From: the human T2T-CHM13v2.0 reference genome, Homo sapiens
Direction: 5' to 3' (one strand)
NCBI RefSeq assembly: GCF_009914755.1
Contig: NC_060928.1
DNA: 64,000 nt
Under the pieces are notes generated by a model. The model was not told the DNA's origin. It worked only from the letters and a program-made list of their open reading frames with translations, and did not search any database. The position numbers and the translations under genes are program-made. Shown in pieces: positions 50,096 to 64,000 of the stretch; positions within the stretch are counted from its first letter, which is position 1; the number at the start of each line of letters is the position of its first letter.

Positions 50096-53000
50096 TTGAA
50101 TATCTTTTATAATGAGCGATGGCCCTTTGAGCATTTTCTGTATGTAGCAGGGTGTGTGACAGGAAAAGCAGACTAAAGGGAAAATTTTGTCATTTGTTTT
50201 AATTGGGTAAGTACAGAAGAAAATTAACTTGTAAATTTTTTCACTTTTAAATATATGTATTTTCAATCCCTGCAGGAGAACCAGAGTATCAGTTTTTAAA
50301 TTTAATCCAAGACATTCCAAATATTGTATACAGTTGCTTATACTGATGGAAAAAAGAAAATGTACTAAGAGCTCTATTTTATAGGCATGCTTGCTTTGTT
50401 TATAAGACTGAAAATCAAGTTATAGTTTTCTATGTAGAGACTTAAAAAAACCCACACGACTCTGATTATTTAAAAAGACCATTTAGGAGGTAACTTATAA
50501 AGGCCACTTACCTTTAAAGATACAGCTCTTAATATATTTTAGTCATTCTTTCCTTTATTTAATTACTAGTAATATTTGTTAGAATTCTTATGCTAATACC
50601 TCTTCAGGTTGCCATTACTTAGAAAGGATTAACAGCTTGGTAGTGACTGTCTTCCTTCAGTCCGATTCCGTAGCACCTCTGAATGCAGTGGCTGTCTATG
50701 AAGATAGCAGCACACTCTGAATAAGAGGGTGACGTGGATTTGTGGTTCTCTGTTCCCTCCCCCAAACAGAAAAGCTACTTTTTTATTAGAATGAATTATT
50801 TCCTCTTGAGTTAAATTATGCTCAACTAATATTGTGACTAGAATTGTTGACCCCCCTCTCTGCATAAGGAGGTGTCTTTTTTGACAATAGGGGCGTTTCC
50901 AAAGAAGAGGTCCTCACTCAAGAGCGTCTCCAGCATCCTCTTGTGTCCAGCATGTGGCTTCTATACTGGGATGGTATCTTAGGAGAGTTTATGTTCTTGG
51001 ACTACATACTAGAAGGTACGTTATGCAGACAGTGAAAAGACAGGATTGAATTATTAGAATATACTTTACAGGGAGAAATGTGTGAACCATGTTAAATACC
51101 TTGCATGAAGCATGTGCAAATATATGAATATGAGATTATGCTTATTTTGGTAAAAAGTACGCTATTGAAAAGTAAACTAATTGTTTATTTTCAGTCTACC
51201 TAATGTTCTTTTTAAAGAGTAACATCTATTCTAATACTTTTTATCAGAGAATTTGGAATTTGTCAACACGTAGGTAGAAAAAAATTGGCAAGTGACTGGT
51301 TCTTTTAAATAGCTCTTAAGAAAATTGGCACAGAGCTTGCCATTTGAAATAATTATGAAAACCAGGGGAAGCCAGCTGTAACTTTTATTTCTTTCAGAAT
51401 TTATAATAACTTCCAGCTAAAGAAAGCTATCACTCCTATAGTTCTTGAAGAATATATCTATGACTTTTTTTCTCTTAGGAGCAAAAAAACAAAACAAAAC
51501 AAAAAAACGAAAAAACAAAAGCATCTTGGGCAGTGTTATTACATTTTTCTCTATTTATAAGCAAAAATGAAATGAATATTTAAAACTTTAAAATTTTTTC
51601 ACTTAAATTTTGTGTAATGATGAGAATAGTTGTGTAGGTTAAAATACTGCAAATAATAAAAACGAATCTAGTAATCTAAATACATATTATAGATATGTGA
51701 TGAACTATAATATTGCAAAGAAATGAAAACTGCAGTATACACAGCCATATTTTGTCTCTTGATTGTCACAAAAATAAGGCACTCTTAAAAGGATATGGCT
51801 GAATTTTATGATGGTATCAGTAATAGTGAGAACAAGTTGACACAATGAAAATAACTGAAATGTTATTCCTCATCTTTTAGCTAATACTTTCAGAAAATTC
51901 CAAAATAATTAGAAAAGCTCTTGAAAATAATGAGACCTACTAGGAGAAAGAAAGTACATTTGTTGCCTTACAGAACTATTAATGAATTTAATAGTTCAGA
52001 AAGGGTTCAGAAAGGGGTGAAAGCTGAAGAGAACCTCTGCCAGGATGTTATCCCTCAAATTTAAATAGAACAGGCATTTTCTATCTATAATATGTTTATA
52101 AGTTGATATTTCTGCTTTAAATTTCAACTTGTTTTTCTTCTATGGAGCTACTAACATATTTAACATTTAAAATAAATTTTAATTTAAACAAAAATTAAAG
52201 TTGTTACTTGTATGTAAGGTATACCTGTCAAACCAGAAATGAGTCCTTACTTTTAGAATAATTTTTATGCTTCCTTATATTTTTTCTTTCCAAATATGAG
52301 TAGAATACCCTATCATGTTTTTTGTGATTACAAAATTAAGTAAAGCAAATTAGTCCTCAATTGTTACTTTGTCCTAGAATATACAATCTCTGAATGAAAA
52401 GACTCTGGCACTACAATTTTTTAATAAACAATATTGATATGTTAAGCTGATTTGCCAGTAAGATTTTTTTCTTCGATTTTTACTAATTTAAAAAATTACA
52501 CATGTGACAGGGACTTTGAGTCAACACTTTACTAAAGATAAAGTACTTTAAAAATTTAAAGTTTTTTATCCTGTGTTTTGGTTGTGATATAATTTTCTAT
52601 ATTGTTTTAATTAGTATGATAGTAGATGCTACAGAATTTGCTTAGTGTGGTAACTTAAACCAAAGAAAAAAGATGTAATTTTAAATATTAAATTTATTTT
52701 AAAAATTCTTCCCGTAAAAATTTGAAGCGCAGTACCTTTTAGTTAAAAGTGCAGTCTCAAACAGAAAAGACCTAATTTTATATATTTTGAGATTCAAATA
52801 TTGATTTACTAAAGATGCATATAAAGAAACCTTAATAATTTAAATTATCTACACTTGGGCTTTTATCTTTTATATGTTTCAGGGGACTTCAGATCTTTCT
52901 TTATACTGGTAATATGATTTAGAACCCATAAATAAAGAATTAAAAAATATTAGTAATCAAAACATACACTAACTGAAGTCTGTTTAAAGGCAGCCTGAAA

Positions 53001-56000
53001 AAGAAATTAGATGATCCGATAATTCTGGTGTTCTAAAAATTATAAAAATACCTTAATTTAATGAATATTACAGTTTATGTAATTTAGATACTGGGAGAAT
53101 ATCATGAATATACAATATGTAAAATCCATACAGATAACAAAAAAGTTACTACAAATGTGAAAGATGAATGATACATCTTTAGTCATACAGTGTGCATGAA
53201 TGCATTTGCAAAACAAGTGTCAGGTTTTAAGATACATCAATTCTTGGTTTTCTGGTTTAAGGTAATTTCAATAAAACTAATACAGTCTTGCATTTCATTC
53301 AAGTATGATGTTAGGAACTTCGGTCAACCATCAGTATAGCCATGACCGAAGTCCATTTTCTCATTCTGAAAGTTTTCTATAAAATCTGAGCCTTCAAATC
53401 TAGTTCTAGTTCAGCTCCACTATGCAGTTGTTTGATGTCTTGTGACAAATGAGAGATCTGAAGGAGAGGACTGAGTGCTTGTTCTATGAGATGCCATCAG
53501 TTAATTCTTCTCACATTATCTGATGAAAGTAGCTTTTAGACACTGTATTGTACTTCAGATGGGAATCTTAACATATCAAGTTTGGTAAATTTTATATTGA
53601 GCTATCAGCAAAGGACAATGTGAGTTACTGAAACAAATCATGAATGTATCACGTATTTCATGTAAATGTGATGTAAGACGTGTGGATTGGTTGTGTAATT
53701 ACCACTTCAACTTTAAAAAGCCTCTATAATTCACTTTTAAAATTTTAAATGTTGAGGAAAGTGAAGTATAAATAGTTCATACTCTTGGAAAAATGTTACT
53801 AATGTAAGCCTCGTAGGGATTATTTTTTATTATTTTTATCTTTTGAAAAACAATGATACCTTCTAATGTAATTTTTATCACTTAATTTTAAGTCTGGAAC
53901 ATAATCACTTGATTTAGGAGTAGATATAAATTATTAATGCACATTATGCTTTTTTTCTTTTTTTTTTTCCTTAAAAGAAAGATCTCAAAGGCTTTCAGGA
54001 TGAGGTTCTGGTTCTTTTACTATTAAGAATAATTGGTATAAATGGCTAATTTTGGTGGGAGAGTGTTACATAGTCTTTAGGCCCTCGTTATTACTTTTAA
54101 AAGAATAGCCCATCGGGGATAGGAAGCTTTGTGGATAAGCTGCCACTCTTTGATGAAGGATTATACATTCTCCCCTAAATCTGTGATCCCAGAATCTGTT
54201 ACACAATAGTTTTATCAAGTAGCACTAGACTAGCTGGCTATCATTTCATTTTTCTTTAAAAAGTTAATTGGTTTCTTTCCTAAATCTAATATTTATATGG
54301 AATTTTAGTCTAAATATATGTTAGGTATTAATAGATTCCGTGAAATGCAGAGGTTACTATTTTGATGCAAGATAATGAAGCCAGATTATCTATTGAAGAA
54401 TGCTTTTCCATTTATGCCAGATGACCAGGGCATTGATTCTTGCGGGGTACTCAGTCATTTAAGTGGGGTACCTCCTCAGTACAGTCTGCAAAGTCCATGG
54501 CCTGATGCAAGTTCTCTGTAAGCTTTTCCCCTGGTTAATAATATTGAAAGCAACTTGAGAAGAAAATAGTGACATATAAAAATGAAGCCATCATATATAT
54601 GAGGGTTAGTTAATTTTCTCTGAACGTGTATGTAATACACGTGTATGTAATAGTGAGCATATTATAGCTTGCTTTGGTCATGGATTTTAAAAAAGAAAAT
54701 GAAAGGACATTATATTATGTGAGTATATTCCCAACTTGTAATGAACAATTGTTTGCACAGCATAAGAGTCTGATAAAAATGTGTCATTCTAAGGAGACCT
54801 CTGTTTTTTTGGTCCAATAAATACATTGAAAATTGAAAATTAAGTGGTCAGATTACATAATTGTGTTTATATCAGTTCTCATTTAGTCAGCGTCAATCAA
54901 ATACAAGACAATTGGTTCTATTCAAAATTGGAAAATACCAAGTATTGGCTAATTGAGTCATTTTACTTGTAAAACACAAGTAATGCCACCTAAAAAAGCA
55001 TAATTTATTATGGGGAATTAATTTTCCTTAATAAATGGGCTCTTATTTCTGAGGCTACAAGCTTCTAAAAGTTTTAAAAGAGTAGTAAAGTTCACTATAA
55101 AAATTGCAAAGTGAGGGAATACAGTTAAGTTTTTCTACAGTATAAATAATTCTGGTGTCTGTGTACTTACTCATTGAAACATACAATCAGCTTCAAAAGA
55201 TGGCTCTTTATAATTGTCACATTTCTGTTCTGCGTCATCTTCTCAAATATTTTATATCTATAATAAAGATATATGATACTAAAATTATTTTCTGTTCTTC
55301 AGTATTTATAATAAGGAAACTATTTAAAAGATTATTTTTGTGATCAATTCACTGTGCCAGTTGATTATTGAAGGCTTCATCAAGGACTCTAGACTTTCAT
55401 AATCTTTCATAATTGGTGTAAATGTAATGTTAAGAAATAAATAATACTGCCTAGAAATGAGCCAGATGTAACCAAATTTCAATTATTTTATGAGATTTTT
55501 AGAAGAATAATAATTTAAATAAGACCTTCAAACATTTTAGGTAAATAATATACAAATTTTGAATTTATTGCTAGTAAAACACAAGGTTTAATACATATCT
55601 TAAATCATTGTCTGATCGAGAAACATTACTCATCATTTATTATTTCAGATTCTTGGAATATATGTGTTTCAATTTAGAGTTTAGAAGTAATACAGATTAA
55701 GGATTTTGAAGAGCAGGTTTTCCTTCCATCTTTCATCAGCTCTGTAGCTGAACCCTCACAATCCCTTTCTTTATTATTCTAAGCCACTATCAGATTCTAA
55801 TCTTTGCTGTCTCCACAGCTGTTTGAGGATTTTTTTTTTTTTTTTTTTGCAAATGTAATTACAAGTACATGTGTTTTGTGCAACTCACTTCCTATGAATG
55901 TTGGTGATAGAGGAAGATTAAAGGAGAGCAGGACTATGTTGTGTATAGATCCATGGATGAATCTATTAGTTTTCGAGTCATTATGACAGTGGTTATCAGG

Positions 56001-56149
56001 AAGAACTGCAAATGTTAAAACACAACAATTTTGGCTTAACTAATATGCAGAAAAAAAGTCACTGAAAGTTTAACAATTTCTCCAGAACAAGTGCATTTTT
56101 ATGAGGTACGCGCCACTGAAGCAAGTGATTGCTACACTTCTGTGAATCG

Positions 56150-56355
56150 TTTTTTTCTTTTCTTTTTTTGAATAATTTCGACTTTCATTTTAGATTCAGG
56201 GGTGCACAGGCAGATTAGTTACATGGGCATGTTGCATGATGCTGAGGTTTGGGGTACGGATGATCTCGTCACCCGGGCAGTGAGCATAGTATCCAGCAGC
56301 TAATTTTGCAACCCTCCCCCTCTCCCCGCCCTAGTAGTCCTCAGTGTCTATTGTT
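56150..56355 (-). mobile_element. Old L1PA/L1PB 3'-terminal fragment
   Basis: ttttagattcaggggtgcac...ttacatggg...tgcatgatgctgaggtttgggg...gtgagcatagta. Confidence 0.85.
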
Positions 56356-57212
56356 ATATGCATCATTTTTCTAAAGTGATGCCATAATTGAAAATCTAGA
56401 CAAAATATGATAGTTTTTTTTACTTTAAGAAAACCCCATTAAAATATATATTTAGAGAGAAACGTATTAAACCCTTACATTTAATTTGATGTAGCAAATT
56501 TACTGAATCTGTAAAAATTACAAGTCAATATAAATACAATAAATCTCTGCTCTGATTTGAATGTATATCTTCATTTATAGTGTGTGCTTTACTGACACAG
56601 CCATTTTTTCTCCCTCAATTCACTCAAATCCAGCCCCACCTGTTTTGTCTGTGCTCTTGTGTCCAAGTGGCTGTGTCCTGGGAAAGATGAGAAGAAATAA
56701 GGCCTGATCTCAGACTCACAGGGAGTTTTCGTTTCTAGTTGAGGCATGATATAAAGAGGTAACTGATAGTAATTAAAGTTATTAAGAAAGCCAGGAGAGG
56801 TAATAGAAGGATTACTACTTTGGTCAGATCGTATGTAAATAGCCCATGGGTCTTTGAAATGCCAGAGAACTGAAGGGGGGTACCCAACCTAATGGTTCTA
56901 GCATCCACCCTTCCTGCAGCATGCAGACGTTAGCAGTGCCTTGAAACTCTGAGACACTGCAAAGGTCTTGTGGCCTTAACTGCTAACAAATAACAAAGGG
57001 GCCCTGGGGCTCACAAATGTTTCGAAACATAGTGAACTGAGACAGTAGGAACACTTGGCTTATCCTTTCCCCCCAACCCAGTCGAGGCCGGAGATACCCA
57101 ACAAAGTGGGGCATTGGAAGCCAGTGACCTGAGAAGAACAAAAGCTGACCATTTGCCTCCTTCCCTGTGGAATAACTTGGCAAAATGTTTGTTGCACGCT
57201 TGCCCACAAAAA

Positions 57213-57322
57213 CCCCCTGTGAAGGCAGAGACCCTTCTTCCCTGTTCTCAGTAGAGCCTCAGCTGCTGACACAGTGCCTGGCCCTGAAGAGTCCAACAGT
57301 AAATAATTGATGCAGGAATGAA
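57213..57322 (+). mobile_element. L2 3' end
   Basis: tgaaggcagagacc...cacagtgcctggc...cagtaaataattg...gaatgaa. Confidence 0.7.
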
Positions 57323-57889
57323 GTCTTCCCTCACTCTACATCAATGTCAAGTGTCCTCACTAGAGAATAGCTCCTCTCCACAAAAGGTTTGTGGCCTCTG
57401 GACTTCGGTCATCACCTAGGACTGCTCAGGTTCTAAAAGTCTATGGTTCTATTGTTTGAAGATCTCCTGTGATTCATGTTAAATAGATAGTACCAACACA
57501 GACTTGTCAGCATTTAGATGAGGACGAAAGATGTGGCTGGAGACTATAGATCTCTGGAAAAAGACAAGACTTTGACCAGGAGAGGTAAGGGCGTTCCAGG
57601 AGAGGGAAACACAATGGACAACTGAGGCATCAACGGTAGCAAGCCCAACTTCACGAACAGGTAACAGCAACACCAGCAGGTAGCACAGATCAATGAATTT
57701 GGCCAGATTATTTGCATATTAAATTTTCACATCTACCAAGATATGTGTCCTCTCATATTTCTTAAAATATGTAGTTCTCTTTGTCCTTTTTTTCCCCATT
57801 TTTGAAAGAAACATTGGTACAGAGAAGTATTTCTTTACTGTTAGAAAAACAACAGAGCAAGTTTGATGATAAACAATGTTGACATAGCC

Positions 57890-58190
57890 TCAGAGTCAGA
57901 GACACATGGGGAGTGGTGAGGACTGTGAACTAAAGGGCACACGCTTTCTCCAAAAGGAGGTGCCACGTCGCGCCTCTAGACTAGTCATTGCCATGTGAGG
58001 GTGAAACCTAGTGTTGCCAGATTGTGAGATTTCTCAAGAAATGCCAGAAGATGGATTGTGTGAAATCTCTAGATTTTCAAATGTGAGCTCATTGGGGTAA
58101 TAAAAAACACACAACATACAAAACTCACAAATCAAACAAAACAAGTCTGCAGCCTGGGTTTGGCAGTTGGGCTACCAGTTTGCAACCTGT
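57890..58190 (+). mobile_element. MER102-like hAT element
   Basis: attgccatg...agtgttgccagat...tgtgaaatctc...caaacaaaacaagtctgcag...ccagtttgcaacct. Confidence 0.7.
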
Positions 58191-58799
58191 GATGTAGCTG
58201 CGGAGATCTGCATGGATTTGGGAGACTGTGAATGAGCAGTAGGTCTCCAGCAGAGGCTGCCTCATGGAGAAATCCAGGAAGGGCTGGAGAGAGAGCTTGG
58301 GTCCAGATTGTGGGTAATCTTGAATGCCATCCTCTTCTACCCATTTTGGAGGAGAAAATGTTTTCAGTTTACAGTACACTTCTTCCTGCTTTAAAGCAGA
58401 AACCTAGGCTGCCGGCAGGTCTTCTGTACAGAATTACTCATGGCAGGGAGGGAACGGGTTAAGAGGCAGTAGCACTTAGGCCTATCCTTTGTCCTTGCCC
58501 ATCCCTGTCTGCTTATCTCTCCATCTCTGCCTCCCAGAGTCAATACAAGGCTCTTGACCCCCTTAATACACCTATTGTTTGGAGCGGAACTGCAGTGGCC
58601 AGCTATAACTAAAGTATATTGGGATGTTTTTGCTAGCATTTGAATGTTGCCTGAATACCGATACTAAATTCTCTAAGAAAGGAGAGTCTAATGTTAAATG
58701 TGACACATTGGAATAAGTCTTAACCATTATGTTAAAATAATAAAAAGATCAATAAAATTCCCCTAGCACACTGGTTTTCATTACTTTGTGGTGACCAAG

Positions 58800-59250
58800 T
58801 TGGGCTCCGAAATTAGAGAAGCCCTCAAATCCCATTCTATCACTTACGTGCTGTGTGATCTAGGGCAAAGCTGCCTCGTCTCTGACCCTTATTTCTTCAT
58901 CTGAACATGGGGTTTGTAACGATGGCTGGTGGTGTTGCTGTTGCCAGGTGCCTGGCCCGGGGCCCCCACACAGCAGACATGGTGGAGATGGGGATGGCAG
59001 CAGTGTCTTCAGTTGTCGGAGTCATTGTCATCGGCACCTTATAATGAACGTCATGCTTACCATTATGGTTTTGTGGAGGGTGTTGGAATTGAATTTGGAG
59101 ACTGAAGTTGAAGTCCATCTGTACCATGAAGTTGCTTTGGAAACCATGAAATTGAGATGTTAAACATACCCTCTTGTGGGGTGGCTGTGAAGATGAAATG
59201 AGCTAACACACAGGGAGGTCCTAGTGGAGCCAGGTGTGCAGTGAGCAATG
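58800..59250 (+). mobile_element. MIR split into two halves (58800-58920 and 59161-59250) by a ~240-bp insert
   Basis: cacttacgtgctgtgtgatctagggcaa...tttcttcatctgaacatgggg, resuming at ataccctc...ggctgtgaagatgaaatgag. Confidence 0.72.
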
Positions 59251-59254
59251 GATA

Positions 59255-59262
59255 GTGTGTAT

Positions 59263-59296
<34 letters not shown>
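59255..59296. repeat. (TG)n microsatellite
   Basis: Seen directly. Confidence 0.95.
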
Positions 59297-59298
<2 letters not shown>

Positions 59299-59823
59299 CA
59301 GGATGGTGCCACATGCTTTCCAGCCGTCAGAATGCTGGGAACAGGAGCTCTCATTTAGGGAAGAATGACCACAACGCAGTCACACAGCTCCTGCGCTGTA
59401 TTTGGCCTGTCACCTAGAATCTTACTTTTAATTAATGAATAATTCTTAGCAGCATGGATCCCTGGCTTGCCGAGTTACCCATTAGAAGCGCTCAGCTCAA
59501 GGGGAACGGGAGCTGAGAGGCTGTTCCAGTCCGGCCCGTGGATGGCCGGAGAAGTGACAGTGTGTGATGTCTTATCCGGGAGCAGCGACACGATAGCATT
59601 AGCGTAGTGGACGCTCATACTGACGGTCCACAGTTGCTTCAGAGGGCAATGTGTGTGATGCATGTTCCAAAATTTATATGAAAAAGACGGAAAGATTTTT
59701 GACATTTCGAGAGAGAGAAAATTTACTTAGACACATCTCCTAGTGATGCCAGATAACAGGGATGCTTTGTGGGAAAAACAAATCTACCTATACAGGGACA
59801 GCATTCTAAGTATATTCCGGTTC

Positions 59824-60138
<315 letters not shown>

Positions 60139-60431
60139 TATTCCGGTTCTTTTTTTAAAAAAATGAAAATAAATGGTTACCTTTTTCCACATTACGGTTA
60201 GAATGACCTAACGAGAATATTCTATTTAAAGATTTAGAGATTCCAGAAAAATGTCTATGGAAATGTTGTGCCCAAATTTTACAATGTAAATTTACCATGT
60301 ATTGATTTATTGAGTAGAAAAAATTACAAGACAAACTTGAATATGGTAAAATTATTTCTGTTCCATTCACAGAATTACTTAGCATTTGAATCTATCTTGT
60401 TTGTTTCTTTTAAAAATGTATCATGCAGAGA

Positions 60432-60810
60432 GACCAATACCGTAGGATCTCGCTCACATGTGAAGTCTAAAAAAGTCGAAATCATGGAAGAGTAGAATGG
60501 TGGTTACCAGAGGCTGGGATGGGACATGGGGAAGGGGAGACGTTGGTCAAAGGGTACAGTTTCATTTAGATGTGGGAATGAGCTCTGGTGACCTATTGCA
60601 CAGCAAGGTGACTGTAATAATAAGCTATTGTATATTTCAAAAGAGCTATAAGAGAGGAGTTTAAATGTTCTCACCACAAAGAAATGATAAATATTTGAAG
60701 TGAGGGAAATGCTAACTAGCCTGATACATCCTTCCGTAATGTATACATGTGGATTGAGAAATTACATTGTACCCCATAGATATATACACTTGTCAATTAA
60801 AAATATAATC
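60432..60810 (+). mobile_element. L1MA-family 3' end
   Basis: gatctcgctcacatgtgaagtctaaaaaagt...gtagaatggtggttaccagaggctggg...aaatgttctcaccacaaagaaatgataaat. Confidence 0.88.
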
Positions 60811-60836
60811 TAAAAATATTAAAAATATATGATGCA

Positions 60837-61987
<1,151 letters not shown>

Positions 61988-62091
61988 GAATTTCTTAATA
62001 TTTTGCTGAAAGCAAATTTTAAACATTTGTCTTTGAAATGTTAGTTGGCTCCAGTGAAAATAAGTCCTTTTTGTTTTTCAGCTCTAATGTG

Positions 62092-62300
62092 TTCAGTTAT
62101 CATTTATTAAACACCTATTTTGAGCCCAACATTGGCTTAGGCTCTGTGAAGAAAGGGGTACAAAAATAGAAGAAGACATCTATTTTAGAAGCTCCAAAGA
62201 AATGTGTAATAATTAGACAAACTAACACTGTGAGCTAGGATTAAGTCTGAAGATGTGGAATACAAACTGTGCACTCGGAACTCAAGGAAGAGAGAGGAAT
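62092..62300 (-). mobile_element. L2 3' fragment
   Basis: catttattaaacacctat...ttaggctctg. Confidence 0.55.
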
Positions 62301-62366
62301 GTATAGGGTGGGGTTTGTTCCAATGCCATCTCAACCTCATCATTTCCAAGTTGGTATTCTGAACAC

Positions 62367-62758
62367 TCTCTTAGCCTGTTCATGCTGCTGTAACAAGACA
62401 CCTGAGACTAGACAGTTTATAGACAATAGAAATTTATTTTTCAGTTTGGAGGCTGGGAAGTCCAAGATCAAGGTGCTGGCAGACTCAGTGTTCCAGCACC
62501 TTGCTCTGCTTCTGAGATGTTGCCTCAAATACTGCATCCTCCAGAGGAGACAAGCTCTGTGTCCTCATGTTGCACAAAGGATGGAAGTGCAAAAAGGGCT
62601 TAGCTAGTCCCTCCTGCTCTTTTATGACACTAATTCCATCCATGAGAGCAGAGCCTTCGCGGCCTAATTCCCGTCGAAAGGCCCCTCTTCATACTGTTGC
62701 ACTGGAGATTAACTTTCAATATGAACTTTGGAGGGACACAAATAATCAAAGCATAGCA
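62367..62758 (-). mobile_element. MST-family (MSTC/MSTD-like) MaLR solo LTR
   Basis: tcttagcctgttcatgctgctgtaacaa...ggaggctgggaagtccaagatcaaggtgctggcaga...tttggagggacacaaa...caaagcatagca. Confidence 0.85.
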
Positions 62759-62879
62759 GTCACTCTTCTCTCAGGCCTGAGGAGCAAAGCTGCCCCTTCT
62801 CCTGTATTTGTACATTATCCCATTATCCTGTTTGTTCACACATGCTGGAAGCTTAAGAGCCATCTTCAAGACGGCTCCA

Positions 62880-63860
62880 TCCCTCACTACCTGTACTAAT
62901 CAGTCATTACGTCCTGCTCATTCTTATTTCAGAGTTTCTGGTCCTTGCCCCTCCTTTCCATCCTCACTGGCAGTTTCCTCTCTAGGGCTCTCATCCCTCA
63001 TCTTAATTGCACAGAATGTCTTCTAACTGGGCCTCCTGCCACCCGTCTTTCGTCTCTCCAATCCATTTTTCTAGATTGCCCCTGGAGAGTTTGCCTCCTA
63101 AAATCCTGAACCGATCTTGTCACGAAGAAGCCCAAACTCAGCATGGAAGCCGAGATCCATACCTCCTGATCTGGCCAGGCCCCTTCCAGCCCCGCCTCCC
63201 ATCTCTTAGGCACAGTGTGCCTCACACAAGGGGATTTAGTTAGCATTTCCAAGCACGAGGCGAGTCTTCCCACTTTCTGTGTCAGGTTAAACATTCTCTG
63301 TGAAATTGTCCTTGATTTGCTCAGTAGAATTAGGTACTCATCTCCCTCTCTCTTTCTGCCCCCATGCTGCTATAGTGTTTCTACATCTATTTAGCATTTA
63401 CCTCATGCTGCACTTTTAGTTTATTAGAATTCAAGGGTTCTAGGAGTAGGAAGGAATTTAGAGATCATACAGGCAGAGCCTCTTATTGTAAATGTGGCAC
63501 AACTGAGGATAAACGTGTAGCCCTCCCAGAGTCTACTTTTCAGTTGTCCTTGAGTTTGATCTCAGCATCATTGCCCAAGAAGAGCTTGATTTCCTTTGCT
63601 CTGTGACATCTCAGCAACTGCCTCTCTACTTTCTTGGTATCTGTCCTCTTCTAGTTGGTCTGCAAATACTAGGGTTCCTCAGAAACAAGCCCTTAGACCC
63701 TCTGCCTTCACACTGTATCCACTGTCCCAGCTCTTGCAATGTCATAGATTCCCATGGCTTCAGTGTTCACTCATAAACAGGCAGTTCACAAATATTCCAC
63801 TCAAAACTTCTAGCTCCAGATATGAGTATCCAGGGGGACCTTCTAACCTATCATCCAAAC
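62880..63860 (+). mobile_element. L2 fragments with a short MIR piece near 63440-63520
   Basis: cttctaactgggcctcctgcc...ctccaatccattt, and gggttcctcag...cccttagaccctct...tcccatggcttcag. Confidence 0.55.
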
Positions 63861-64000
63861 AGGGACCCTGTGAGAGTGACAGTGAGCACCAAATCACCAA
63901 ATGACAGGATGCCAGGACAACTAGCATTAACTGGAGCATCCAGAGCCAGCAGGCACCTTCGGTCATCCTGGTATACTGAACCATTTCACGTATGCTCTTG

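Overview
Primate genomic DNA, almost certainly human because it carries an AluYb8 with the diagnostic 7-bp duplication. I can support no protein-coding exon. Bases 1-35 kb are repeat-rich: many Alus, an L1MC-type LINE with nested THE1D and FLAM, and a long L2 carrying two Alus, a near full-length Tigger1 and a MER44 that holds a 5 x 61-bp VNTR. From about 35 to 56 kb there is a transposon-poor zone centred on a three-part CpG island (~40.4-45.15 kb). It contains two candidate + strand first exons (donors ATG|GTAGGC at 43979/80 and GCG|GTAAGT at 44572/73) and a candidate - strand lncRNA starting between them and ending at a poly(A) signal near 38.84 kb. The rest looks like first-intron sequence with young Alus. 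From memory, this layout matches the upstream promoter of TENM3 and its antisense RNA TENM3-AS1 (MGC45800) on 4q; I could not verify that by alignment. All long ORFs in the track are microsatellite, Alu, GC-rich or decayed-transposon artefacts. All repeat subfamily calls were made by eye. I found no convincing novel biological system. The best leads are the sense/antisense/sense promoter layout, an exon-terminal AUG, the VNTR inside MER44, an unexplained CpG-decayed insert splitting a MIR, and a young inverted Alu pair.
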